A stretch of 64,000 nucleotides of DNA from positions 124,001 through 188,000 of the IMG/VR virus record IMGVR_UViG_3300048924_000191; one strand, 5' to 3'. Shown piece after piece: positions 1 to 8,947 of this stretch. The notes below the pieces were generated by a model, which ran no database searches, was not told the origin of the DNA, and saw nothing but the letters and a program-made list of their open reading frames with translations. Positions within the stretch are counted from its first letter, which is position 1. Each line of letters opens with the position of its first letter. The translations under genes and the position numbers were made by a program.

Positions 1-1317
1 CGCAATCTGTCCTGGACATTCGAACGTATTGCAGCAACGTAGAGTCGGTCCTCGGCTGCTGTCGTAAAGAAGGAAGCTATTGCATGCCGGACAGTGTTCA
101 GGAATCTCTACCGGACTAGCGTCCACGGCGCGGGGTTCATCTACACGTTTGCTGAACACGAAGTCGACACTACCGTGATGACGACGAACCAAGATCTTGT
201 CGCCAATCCAGATCTTGGTTGCCTGTAGAAGACCCACACCACCCAACACCAGATCGTCTCTCTCCTTACCCATTACGGTAATCGGTTCGACCTCGACCCG
301 TGTATTGATAGCTCCATCGATGGCAACTTCGAACTTGATGTCGGTGACTGTCGTGCAGTTCCTGTTCCCGTATCTCCAGACAACACCCCATCCTGCACCG
401 AACCGAAAGTTTCTGCCGATCGGTCCCGGCTGATGAGATTGTCGATCCAACATGTCGTCGAGTTTAAGAAGAACGCCATCAACGGTGTACGGCTCCGTAT
501 CGATAACCTTCTCAAACTTTTCGATCTTCGCTGCGACCTCGACGTAGTCAACGGAAGGTGTGGGTTTGTTTACGCCGATGTGGAGGTAGTGGGCTCGACG
601 CAAGCGGTCAGTTGCCGTGAGATCGTTGGCAAACAGATTGGACTGTGGGCGATCGATCATCGGGACATCTTCAAGAATGAAGTCCAGCCGGTCTTCGCAA
701 CCCTCTAACGTCCGATCGAAGATCGCTGACGACATGGAGAACGGGTTCTTAAATACCCGGACCATGGTACCGTTAGTTAACTGCTCGTTGACTGCACGGA
801 ACTCCGAGATCGGCATGGTCACCGTGCCGTGGAACGTCCTGATGGCATCAAAGACCGGAATCTTCAACGGCACACCACGCACCTGACTGACGATATCGTA
901 AACATCGCTACCGGTCATGCCGTTACCACGAGCACCCACCCAAACCAGATTGCCGTGGGCGTAGACCAGCTCTACTTCATGACCTACGTAACGAGGTTCA
1001 ACCCGGTACGTACTTCGACCCGTATGCGTCAGGTAACGGTCCAACTCCTCCACTTCGTCTGCTTGCCGGAAATCCCAGATGCGCGCGACGTGAGGTAGAG
1101 TTGGTTGATTGGTGTAAAGATTGGTGAGTGGTCGATCCTCACCCATCGCATCGGCTATAGTCCACTCAGGATGGCGGTTCTCGAGCGCTTGGAGACAGTT
1201 CAGTAACTGTTCGTAAACACCCTCGGAGATTGTATTCAATCCGACCTCTCGCAACTTACGGTGGTCGATCACCGTGCTAGCAAGTAGGTTGTAGGTTTTC
1301 AGCAATGAGTTTTCCAT
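1..1317 (-). CDS. NAD+-dependent DNA ligase (LigA) homolog with degenerate catalytic motifs; 3' end runs off the window
   Basis: Absent from the ORF track (no stop in window). Manual translation from ATG 1317 found no stop: MENSLLKTYN..ISEGVYEQLL..ENRHPE..VEPRYVG..VYAHGNL..ARGNGMTGSDV..GVPLKI..FKNP..PYTVDGVLLKLDD..IGDKILVRR..PEHCPAC..RCCNTFEC. This is collinear with LigA domain Ia, adenylation domain, OB fold and Zn finger. Confidence 0.88.
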   Translation of the reverse strand, partial: MENSLLKTYNLLASTVIDHRKLREVGLNTISEGVYEQLLNCLQALENRHPEWTIADAMGEDRPLTNLYTNQPTLPHVARIWDFRQADEVEELDRYLTHTGRSTYRVEPRYVGHEVELVYAHGNLVWVGARGNGMTGSDVYDIVSQVRGVPLKIPVFDAIRTFHGTVTMPISEFRAVNEQLTNGTMVRVFKNPFSMSSAIFDRTLEGCEDRLDFILEDVPMIDRPQSNLFANDLTATDRLRRAHYLHIGVNKPTPSVDYVEVAAKIEKFEKVIDTEPYTVDGVLLKLDDMLDRQSHQPGPIGRNFRFGAGWGVVWRYGNRNCTTVTDIKFEVAIDGAINTRVEVEPITVMGKERDDLVLGGVGLLQATKIWIGDKILVRRHHGSVDFVFSKRVDEPRAVDASPVEIPEHCPACNSFLLYDSSRGPTLRCCNTFECPGQIA

Positions 1318-1912
1318 CACGAAGGCACTTCTCTCGGTGTTGTGCGTGGACGACGTTGCAGAAGAACTCCAGTCGCGCTTCCAGATCAGGTTCAATTAGG
1401 TTGAATACCGGGATATCCCTTTCGAGGGCTATCTTGACAGCCGTAGCTGTTCCACCAGTCACCTGCGGGCCGTTGCTTTTATACGGAGCCCAAGTCAGAA
1501 CGAAATCAACGGGGGAGTTCAGATCATCGCCAAGCACCTGATACGGGTTTCTGGAGTGGTGTGCGACACTACCACGTCCAGCGTTATGCCATCCACCTCT
1601 GGCTTTCTCACCGAGGGCGGCAGCTTCTTTGTAATTCTCAAAATGGTCCTGAGGGCAGTAGAAGCCATTCTCAGGATCGTGACGCAGTCCAGACATTCCT
1701 TCCCAGGAAATGTAGATACGGTTCTTGGACTTGTCGGAGTTCTTGTGAGAGTACGCTCCACGCAGCCCTGCGTAGTCCATTCCTTTCGGACAGCCGCCAC
1801 TGTACATCGAGTAGCCGAGCTCTGCCAGAATGTTCGTGAACCTGAACGTGAGTTTGAGGATATGTTGCGGAGTCTCTCTCGATCCAATGCAAGCGTATCG
1901 TTTGGTGATCAT
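1277..1912 (-). CDS. SLOG-superfamily (DprA/Smf-like) nucleotide-binding protein
   Basis: Motifs YACIGSRETP, YSGGCPKGMD, GGTATAVKIA..IPVFNL; GGAGG-type SD before ATG 1912. Confidence 0.75.
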   Translation of the reverse strand: MITKRYACIGSRETPQHILKLTFRFTNILAELGYSMYSGGCPKGMDYAGLRGAYSHKNSDKSKNRIYISWEGMSGLRHDPENGFYCPQDHFENYKEAAALGEKARGGWHNAGRGSVAHHSRNPYQVLGDDLNSPVDFVLTWAPYKSNGPQVTGGTATAVKIALERDIPVFNLIEPDLEARLEFFCNVVHAQHREKCLRDGKLIAENLQPTC

Positions 1913-2026
1913 CCCTTCCTCCAACGTGATTCTATGTGACCTAAATGCGGTGGTCAGACGCTATATGACTAATACATTAGGTAAAGATTCACCGCGAACT
2001 TTCCCATTCTCCAAGGACGTGTGTTC

Positions 2027-3286
2027 ATGAGCATCACGGGCGATCTGTCTCGGCGTTCCATCCAGCAATCTCAACAACTGTACCGCGACAATGCTGTCGC
2101 ACTAGGCAATGATGCTCTTACCGCCGAGATGGCGTCTTTCGAACACCTCCTTGATCGTCACCGCCGTGTGACTGAAGCGATGCGTTCGGTCGAAGACCTG
2201 ACTCGGATGTTCTTCAGTCAGCACCGTCTCGGTGTACCGATCGAACAAGCCAAGATGTACGAGTTCTCGGTCGAGTCGATTATCCGCGCCACTGGCGAGG
2301 AATTCCCACACGACATGCACGAACTCTCTTTCGAGTCGTCTTACGACTACTCGACTGAAGCTGAGTCGAAGGTCGGCAGTTCCCTGAAGAAGGTCGGCGC
2401 TTGGTTGATGGAAATCCTCACCAAGATCGCAGAAGGTCTCAAGGGTATCCTCACCAAGTTCACCACTTCCGTTCAAGGCAACAAACGCAAGCTGGAAGAA
2501 CGTCTTGCTCAGATGCGTGCCAAGGGCAGTAAGAAAGAAGGTGGCGAGAAGGACGACAAGGAACCCAAGCCAAGTACCGAGGCTAAGGGCCGTGCAATCG
2601 AAGTGCCAGACATCAAGATCCTAGGCGGCACTGGCGTACGTGTCGAAAACACCATCGACAAAGCCAACGCCAACACTCGTAAGGGTGGTCAGGATCTGCT
2701 GGGTATTGTGCGGGCATGTGGTGAAGCAGCCAAACGCTTCAATCCTTCGCAACACACCAGCAAGGACGGCCTGGATGACTTCATGAAAGACATCATGTTG
2801 TCGGTAGGGATGAAGACCGATGGCGGTAATGGTCATCGTGAGTTCCTCATCGTAAACGGTACTGGCGTCGAGATCACCTTCAACCGTAAGTCTGACGCAA
2901 CAGTCTCTGCCAAAGCTGGCAAGATCGCTTACGAGAAGAAGTCTGGTGAGATGCCTGGTCTGGATGAGGGCGAAGCCATGAAGTTGCTCGAGCACCTGAT
3001 TGAGTCGTACAACCAGATCGATAGTCTGCGTAAACCGCTCGACACCGTCTCCACCGTCTTTGGTCAATTGGCCAAGTCGATGAACGACGCGTACCGAGCT
3101 ACGCTGAACTCTCTGGCAGGCGCCGATAAGGACGCTGCCGATAAAGCTACTCAATCGAGCCGCGTGTACTCCACTCTGGGCCACGTCATGGCGACTCTGG
3201 GTCAGCTGCCGTCTAACCTGCTGAGTGGCTACCTCCAGGTTCACTACGCCGCCGACAACTACGCCGACAAAGCGTCTCGCGGTTAA
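2027..3286 (+). CDS. Internal head (inner body/ejection) protein, phiKZ internal-protein paralog family
   Basis: LSFESSYDYSTEAE prohead-protease motif followed by amphipathic helix (LKKVGAWLMEILTKI); similar layout to 3311, 4730 and 15974. Confidence 0.7.
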   Translation: MSITGDLSRRSIQQSQQLYRDNAVALGNDALTAEMASFEHLLDRHRRVTEAMRSVEDLTRMFFSQHRLGVPIEQAKMYEFSVESIIRATGEEFPHDMHELSFESSYDYSTEAESKVGSSLKKVGAWLMEILTKIAEGLKGILTKFTTSVQGNKRKLEERLAQMRAKGSKKEGGEKDDKEPKPSTEAKGRAIEVPDIKILGGTGVRVENTIDKANANTRKGGQDLLGIVRACGEAAKRFNPSQHTSKDGLDDFMKDIMLSVGMKTDGGNGHREFLIVNGTGVEITFNRKSDATVSAKAGKIAYEKKSGEMPGLDEGEAMKLLEHLIESYNQIDSLRKPLDTVSTVFGQLAKSMNDAYRATLNSLAGADKDAADKATQSSRVYSTLGHVMATLGQLPSNLLSGYLQVHYAADNYADKASRG

Positions 3287-3310
3287 TCACTCCTCATCAA
3301 GGAACAACAC

Positions 3311-4714
3311 ATGAGCACCATTTCTGAAGCACTGGCCAAACGCAACATGGCTGGCGGTACTGGTATCCGCGATACCCTCAGTCTGGAATCGGCCGCAGTG
3401 GACGCACGCGACGAAGTCGTAGGTCACATCGAAGGCCTGCATGAAATCGCCGCACAGATCGCCAAAGAAGGCGAGGATATCACCACCGGCACGTTGCTGG
3501 CGGACAACATCGACACGCTGGTCGATAACACCATCCAGGCTTACAAAGAAGGCGGTGTGGACGAGCGTGGTGCTGACCTGCTGGAAGTATCGATCGAATG
3601 TCTGATCCGTGCAACCAACCTGCCTCTGCATTATCGCGCCGTTGTACCTTCGTTCGAATCTGTTGCGCGACGTGAAGACTACTCGACCGAAGCCGAGAAG
3701 AAGAAAGACGGTTTCCTCTCCCGTCTGTTCACCATGCTGCGTGAAGCGCTGGCACGTCTCGGTTCTATTGTTCGTAGCTTCGTCGCTCGCATGCGCAAAA
3801 CCAGCGGTTCGCTGGAAAGCTACATCAAGTCGGTGAAGGCGCGTGCTGATCGTCTGCAAGGTGCCAGCAAAGGCGGTAAGGTCAAGATCGCCCAACAGGT
3901 GGCGTGGAACATGATCGACTTCGGTGGACATCTGCTGAAACCTGCCGACGCTATCGATCGCAACACCACTGCCTACGCTCGCTTCGTTGCCCAAGTGCAG
4001 AACGATCTCGGCAAGGTGACTCAGGTCGGTAAGCTGTCCACCACTCCTACCGACGCTGATGTCGATAAGTGGGTTAAGGAGCAGGCCGAAGGTCTGGGCG
4101 GTCACTACACCACCGGCCTGCCGCATTTGGTAAACGTGGCCTTCCTGCCGACCTGGAAGTTCAACATCAAGCACACTGCTGGTGTCGGTCGCGAGCACGG
4201 TGCCAACATCAAGAACAACCCGCTGATCGGCGCCAAGGCCGAAGTGTTCATGGAACACCAGGGCACTACCCCTACCGAGGCCGATGCACTGTCGGTGGCG
4301 GAAATCCATGCAACTGTCGACAAGGCTCTGCATGCGCTGTCGAACATCCAGCAAGTCGAGAAGAAAATAGACGCCTGGGTCACCAACAGCGATACCGCTG
4401 TACGCATCCTGACCAACATCTCCAAGTTCTTGGAGAGCAAAGAAATCAAGATGCCTGGCCACGACGATACCGTCCGCGCCATCAAGTCGCTCATGGCGGC
4501 GAACAACCTCTACTCCCAGGCATACACCCTGACGCTGCCGCACGCGATCACCATGATCCGTACCAACGTCTCGTTCGCCGACCGCTGCATCAGTCTGATC
4601 TCTCACGGCGAGCTCAAAGAAGTGAATGCCAACCAACACAAACTCCTGGGTCACTCCCCAGCGGCCAAGGCCGAGCCTGAGCACGAGTACGCCCACTTCG
4701 AGCCGGTTCACTGA
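3311..4714 (+). CDS. Internal head protein paralog
   Basis: PSFESVARREDYSTEAE then GFLSRLFTMLREAL; SD AAGGAA; strong codon bias. Confidence 0.75.
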   Translation: MSTISEALAKRNMAGGTGIRDTLSLESAAVDARDEVVGHIEGLHEIAAQIAKEGEDITTGTLLADNIDTLVDNTIQAYKEGGVDERGADLLEVSIECLIRATNLPLHYRAVVPSFESVARREDYSTEAEKKKDGFLSRLFTMLREALARLGSIVRSFVARMRKTSGSLESYIKSVKARADRLQGASKGGKVKIAQQVAWNMIDFGGHLLKPADAIDRNTTAYARFVAQVQNDLGKVTQVGKLSTTPTDADVDKWVKEQAEGLGGHYTTGLPHLVNVAFLPTWKFNIKHTAGVGREHGANIKNNPLIGAKAEVFMEHQGTTPTEADALSVAEIHATVDKALHALSNIQQVEKKIDAWVTNSDTAVRILTNISKFLESKEIKMPGHDDTVRAIKSLMAANNLYSQAYTLTLPHAITMIRTNVSFADRCISLISHGELKEVNANQHKLLGHSPAAKAEPEHEYAHFEPVH

Positions 4715-4729
4715 TAGGAAGGTTCTCCA

Positions 4730-6004
4730 ATGAACGTACATGAAGATGCATTGCAAGAAGCCATCGCCGCTGCTGCGCTGGCCGACACTCCCACCGAAGC
4801 GGTGGATGCCGAGCTGACCGCCAGTACCGATGACCTCAACGCAGCGTCCGAAGAATTGGGCGCCATGTCCCGTCAGGTGGAAAACGTTGGTGGTCTGCAC
4901 GAATCGATGGAGTCGTTTGTATTCGGCTTCATGGACCGTGTACCTGAAGGTGAGTGGGACGGTCGTGTCTCTCGTCAGTACCGCGTCGGTATCAACGCCC
5001 TGATGAATGCACATGGCTACACGACCAAACCCGACGCCATCTCCGCGTCGTTCGAATCGGCTGGCGTCAGTCAGACCAACGATGAGAACCGCAAAGAGAA
5101 CAAGGACAAAGCCACCGGTCTGCTGGGTCGTCTCTGGGACGCTTTGAAAGCTGCGCTGGCTTCGCTGGGCAAGATCATCGTTAGCTTCGGGTCGAAGATC
5201 ATCAATAACGGGTTCGTGGTGAGTAAGGCGGCTAAAAGCCTGCGTAACTCCCTCACCGTTCTGAAGGACGAAGTTCCTTCTGGTGACTTCGAAGGTAAAC
5301 CGGCCTGGGGTGTCTACTACCAGACCAAAGACGGTGCCGCTTCCAGTGCCTCCAGCATCGTTCACGAAACGCCGCTGGAAGTCAATACCCTGCTGGGTGG
5401 TTGGGACGCTTCGTTCAAGTCGCAGATCCGTCTGCTGGCTTTCCCTGGTCACACCGACGCTTCGGCTACTGTGGGTGGGGTGAAGAAGTTCAAGATCTCC
5501 GGCGGTATTGCGCTCGAGGTCGAATACGTCGACGAGCACCTGAAGGGCACTGGTAACAAACTGGCCGAAGCAACCATCAAGGTCAGCAAGGCTGAGTTCC
5601 CAACCGGCAAGATCCCTTACCTGAGTAAGGCCGAGATGCACAAGGTCGCGGATGCAATGGACAGCGCTGCGACCAGCATGAAGAACATGGCCGAACAAGG
5701 TAAGCCGATCGAACAGGAAATCGAGAAGCTGCTAGGCGAACTGAAGAAGCGTACCGGCGACTTCAAGGTCACTGCCAAGGCTGGTGTCGAGAAAGGTTCC
5801 GACGTCCCTGCTCTGGCGAAGAGCGGTAAAGACCAGGTGGCGATCGTGCGCAAGATGATCAGCCGCTACCCAATGGCCATGCAGGTGCTGGCACCTCAAG
5901 TGGCTCTGGTGGCAATGAATGCATGGCGTCACTGCCAAGCGTCCATCGGTAAGGCTCGCAAAGGTAAGAGCGACGACAAGGAAGGAATGCCTGTCGGCGC
6001 GTAA
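4730..6004 (+). CDS. Internal head protein paralog
   Basis: Acidic propeptide, ASFES site, GLLGRLWDALKAAL helix. Confidence 0.72.
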   Translation: MNVHEDALQEAIAAAALADTPTEAVDAELTASTDDLNAASEELGAMSRQVENVGGLHESMESFVFGFMDRVPEGEWDGRVSRQYRVGINALMNAHGYTTKPDAISASFESAGVSQTNDENRKENKDKATGLLGRLWDALKAALASLGKIIVSFGSKIINNGFVVSKAAKSLRNSLTVLKDEVPSGDFEGKPAWGVYYQTKDGAASSASSIVHETPLEVNTLLGGWDASFKSQIRLLAFPGHTDASATVGGVKKFKISGGIALEVEYVDEHLKGTGNKLAEATIKVSKAEFPTGKIPYLSKAEMHKVADAMDSAATSMKNMAEQGKPIEQEIEKLLGELKKRTGDFKVTAKAGVEKGSDVPALAKSGKDQVAIVRKMISRYPMAMQVLAPQVALVAMNAWRHCQASIGKARKGKSDDKEGMPVGA

Positions 6005-6009
6005 GCAGC

Positions 6010-6060
6010 AAAAAAAAAGAAGTGTACAGCAGGAGGCTCACGCCTCCTGCTGTATGCCGT
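6010..6060. terminator. Bidirectional hairpin: U-tract on minus side, TATGCCGT on plus side
   Basis: A-run + TACAGCAGGAGGC-tcac-GCCTCCTGCTGTA + TGCCGT between convergent genes. Confidence 0.85.
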
Positions 6061-6529
6061 CGTAGTTCTGAACTGAATACTTGGCGTGGTCTGGTAGTAG
6101 TACGCTATCGGCCCTCATCCCCCGATACACAGGATCGATGATCGATACGTACACGCGACCATCGCACAGACCTCGCTGAATCAGAATGTCTGCAACAGCG
6201 CCGATCACTTCACCCACCGTGAAATCCAACGTGTGTCGCCAGTTGGCTACGATGTCGTAGGTAGTGCCGTCATGCTCAGCAGAACCGATGATCAGATCCT
6301 GGGTCGGAAAGGTTGCAGACTCCAGAAGGATCTCTCTGGCGTATCGACTTTCCGAAAGCGGTAGGAGTGTCTTCTTGCGAAGAGACCCCGGCGCTCGTTT
6401 GGCAAGGTTGGCGGCTACTTGCTGGATCGTGTGGTTATCGTCATGCAGAAGCGTGGCGATTGCGAGGGTGGTGAAGATGTCTTCTCGTATTGCCCGGGCT
6501 TGGGTTCCTGGTGTATTGTCATTGGTCAC
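6038..6529 (-). CDS. Hypothetical protein
   Basis: ORF with AAGGAG SD before GTG; last gene of a 3-gene cassette. Confidence 0.6.
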   Translation of the reverse strand: MTNDNTPGTQARAIREDIFTTLAIATLLHDDNHTIQQVAANLAKRAPGSLRKKTLLPLSESRYAREILLESATFPTQDLIIGSAEHDGTTYDIVANWRHTLDFTVGEVIGAVADILIQRGLCDGRVYVSIIDPVYRGMRADSVLLPDHAKYSVQNYDGIQQEA

Positions 6530-6538
6530 GGACTCTCC

Positions 6539-6775
6539 TTAGATACGTTCTGTTGGTACGCGCAAACGCACATCCCCTATCTGAAGTGTGAGGATAGGCG
6601 CTGCGTGGTGGTGTTGGATATTGCGGGCCTTCAAGGCCTCCATGAGTAAAGACAGCGGATTGCCATTCGCTAGCCAACATTGGATCGACAGCGAGATGAG
6701 CATGGGTGCATCAGGATCGTTAGTGCTTAGAATCGCGTCGATATCGTCCAACAGTTTTCTTGCGCAAGGGTGCAT
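6539..6775 (-). CDS. Hypothetical protein (78 aa)
   Basis: TAAGGAGG SD before ATG 6775 (MHPCARK). Confidence 0.6.
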   Translation of the reverse strand: MHPCARKLLDDIDAILSTNDPDAPMLISLSIQCWLANGNPLSLLMEALKARNIQHHHAAPILTLQIGDVRLRVPTERI

Positions 6776-7415
6776 AGATCGCCTCCTTAGCCAGAACCAG
6801 ATCGGATTTCTTCGCGCGGACAGTGATTCCGATATCAAGCTTCGGATACTGACCTTTGAGGTATTGCGTTATTGCTTGAGTAAGGATGTCGTCAAGGTCA
6901 TCCGGAATGGGGTAATCCGGTGGGCCGATCAGATCCAGCACTATTTGCTCGGATAATGCTTCATCGTCGAGGAAGATTCTGACTTGCGCCAGCGTGTCGC
7001 CTTGATCGATCTTCAGCAGGTGGAGATCCCCAGCTCGACATTCGATGCTGAGATAAAGGTCATTCACTTCCCGTGCCAACGCCCGGAGCATTTCATGTCT
7101 GGAGTTGTACGTGTAGCGCCCAGCCTCCTGTAACGCTCTGGAAGCCCTTCCTCGCTCTCCTACGTCCAAGATGCATGCATCTGCTTTCCAGACGTAACCT
7201 CGCTCTAAAACGAGCTCACAGAAGCGTTTAGAGACATCTTCTGACATGATGATGCCTTCACCCCGCACTTCCTCCATTACAGCGTGGTAATCGAAAGCTT
7301 CCACCGCGATAAACGATTGTGTTTCCAACTTGCCTTCCGGTGACGTAAGCGTCACGTAGAAGATATTACCCACTCCTACCTTTGACAACCCTGGACTCAG
7401 GCTGGTTGTGTTCAT
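6720..7415 (-). CDS. Hypothetical protein
   Basis: GAGGT SD before ATG 7415; downstream of promoter motif at 7513. Confidence 0.65.
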   Translation of the reverse strand: MNTTSLSPGLSKVGVGNIFYVTLTSPEGKLETQSFIAVEAFDYHAVMEEVRGEGIIMSEDVSKRFCELVLERGYVWKADACILDVGERGRASRALQEAGRYTYNSRHEMLRALAREVNDLYLSIECRAGDLHLLKIDQGDTLAQVRIFLDDEALSEQIVLDLIGPPDYPIPDDLDDILTQAITQYLKGQYPKLDIGITVRAKKSDLVLAKEAIYAPLRKKTVGRYRRDSKH

Positions 7416-7512
7416 GTCGTTTGACCTCAATTCGAATAAACATCAAACTGTTCCTTTCACCGAGGTGGAAGTGACGGGTCGAATCCGAAGACTCAACCCA
7501 TTAATCACTTCT

Positions 7513-7522
7513 GTAATGTATC
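7513..7522 (-). promoter_or_regulatory. Putative early promoter core GATACATTAC
   Basis: Copy of the motif also found at 11366, 42766, 47810, 58173 and 58230. Confidence 0.55.
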
Positions 7523-7525
7523 ACT

Positions 7526-8947
7526 TTAATTGACTTGGATCGTGGAGATCTCAGGTAGTGCCGAAACCTCTCCGCCTGCTTGCAGGTACTTCTGGAACTC
7601 AGGGGATGAACGATCTACTGCGATCACCAACGACGACTTGGCGCGTGCACGATCACCCACCATACCCGTACCCTCAACTTCGAGTGAGGAGATCTGGTGA
7701 CGTACCACGCCTGGGAGCGTTTGGATCTCGTTGTTGTACTCGTAGATGATCTCGGTAGGCATCCCCGGGATGATCTTCGATGGATCACTGCGCAACCATG
7801 TCACGATCACTGAAGCACAACCACGCTTAGCCATCTTACTGGCTTCGAGGTAGACGTTGTCGGTCACCTTGGTCTTGGCCACACGCATGAGGTTCGACCC
7901 ATCCCCAACGACAGTCGTTGCAAACTCACTGTTGTTCTTGGAACGGGAAGCGACCATCTTGTTGTTGCCGACCTGGACTGGTGCGTTCAACACCTGAGAC
8001 GCCATCTGGAACCGAACCCCGTTACCTTCGGTGTTCAGCTTATCCAGCGTATCGTCCACTACCTTAGCCATACCGGCGGCATAGATCGTGAGGGTCCGCT
8101 CGGTGTCTCGCCAAGTACGGTCGATCATCTGTGAGTTCTTGTTAGGTGACATGATCACCTGCAAGACCCGCGGAGCTTTATCGAACCGCGTGGTGTCGTA
8201 CACCGGGAAGATGTAGACGATCCGATTCTTGATGAAGAACCCAAGGCCTGTCGAGTAGATCCCACCCTGCTTGTTCTGAATGTGGTCAGGCAAGTCAGGC
8301 AACATCGTGCCGTCAGGCACAATCACAAACGGCCTTGACGTCTTGTTGTTCGGAGTCACCACGTCCACTCGTTGGATGGTTTCGTCCTTACCGAGACGCA
8401 GCGCTTGAGTGGCCCTGTTCATCAAGGTCTCGAGCACCACGTACGGCGGAACGACTTCACCGATCACACCGGTAGATTGCTTGCGCAGTTGGCTGATGGC
8501 AGCCTCCTCCAGATAGAAGGTAACAGCACGCATCGAAGTGCGGTTAGCCGTCTCCTTGTCTTGGAGGGTGATATCGTTACCTACTTCCGCAGGAGACTCG
8601 GTATCGTCGCCCAAATACGCTTTGTAGGTCCTGGTCTCAACAGCAGCATCGGGAATCACATCTCCCATCTCTGTCATTGGAGAACGCAGTACCGTGATCT
8701 TCAGGTCATCCTGAAAAGGCGCCACGTCTTGGAGAAGATCGCCCGCTCCAAGATAGATCACGATCGTTGCGCTCTCGAACCATGCAGACGTGAAGTCCTC
8801 ATCGGAATCCAACCGCATGGTCTTGAGGGGGAGGATGTCCTTACCGCCAGCGTGAATCAACGACTGGAACTTCCAGTAAGGACTACCGGGTGCCGCTGCG
8901 ATCTTGGTCAGCTCCTCCAGGAGTGCGGAGCTTTGAAGATCAGCCAT
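7526..8947 (-). CDS. Virion structural protein, phiKZ gp101-like (tail/baseplate hub candidate)
   Basis: 473-aa ORF; position after gp98-100-like genes; GIYSTGLGFF motif. Confidence 0.55.
   Translation of the reverse strand: MADLQSSALLEELTKIAAAPGSPYWKFQSLIHAGGKDILPLKTMRLDSDEDFTSAWFESATIVIYLGAGDLLQDVAPFQDDLKITVLRSPMTEMGDVIPDAAVETRTYKAYLGDDTESPAEVGNDITLQDKETANRTSMRAVTFYLEEAAISQLRKQSTGVIGEVVPPYVVLETLMNRATQALRLGKDETIQRVDVVTPNNKTSRPFVIVPDGTMLPDLPDHIQNKQGGIYSTGLGFFIKNRIVYIFPVYDTTRFDKAPRVLQVIMSPNKNSQMIDRTWRDTERTLTIYAAGMAKVVDDTLDKLNTEGNGVRFQMASQVLNAPVQVGNNKMVASRSKNNSEFATTVVGDGSNLMRVAKTKVTDNVYLEASKMAKRGCASVIVTWLRSDPSKIIPGMPTEIIYEYNNEIQTLPGVVRHQISSLEVEGTGMVGDRARAKSSLVIAVDRSSPEFQKYLQAGGEVSALPEISTIQVN

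Noticed and set aside
3287-5698. 803-aa minus-strand ORF
   Set aside because: Antisense shadow of two in-frame head genes. Avoidance of TTA/CTA/TCA codons on the coding strand removes antisense stops, and the translation has no motifs.
2027-6004. Three paralogs lie in one reading frame, suggesting a read-through polyprotein
   Set aside because: Junctions are TAA and a double TGA-TAG stop, and each downstream gene has its own SD and ATG
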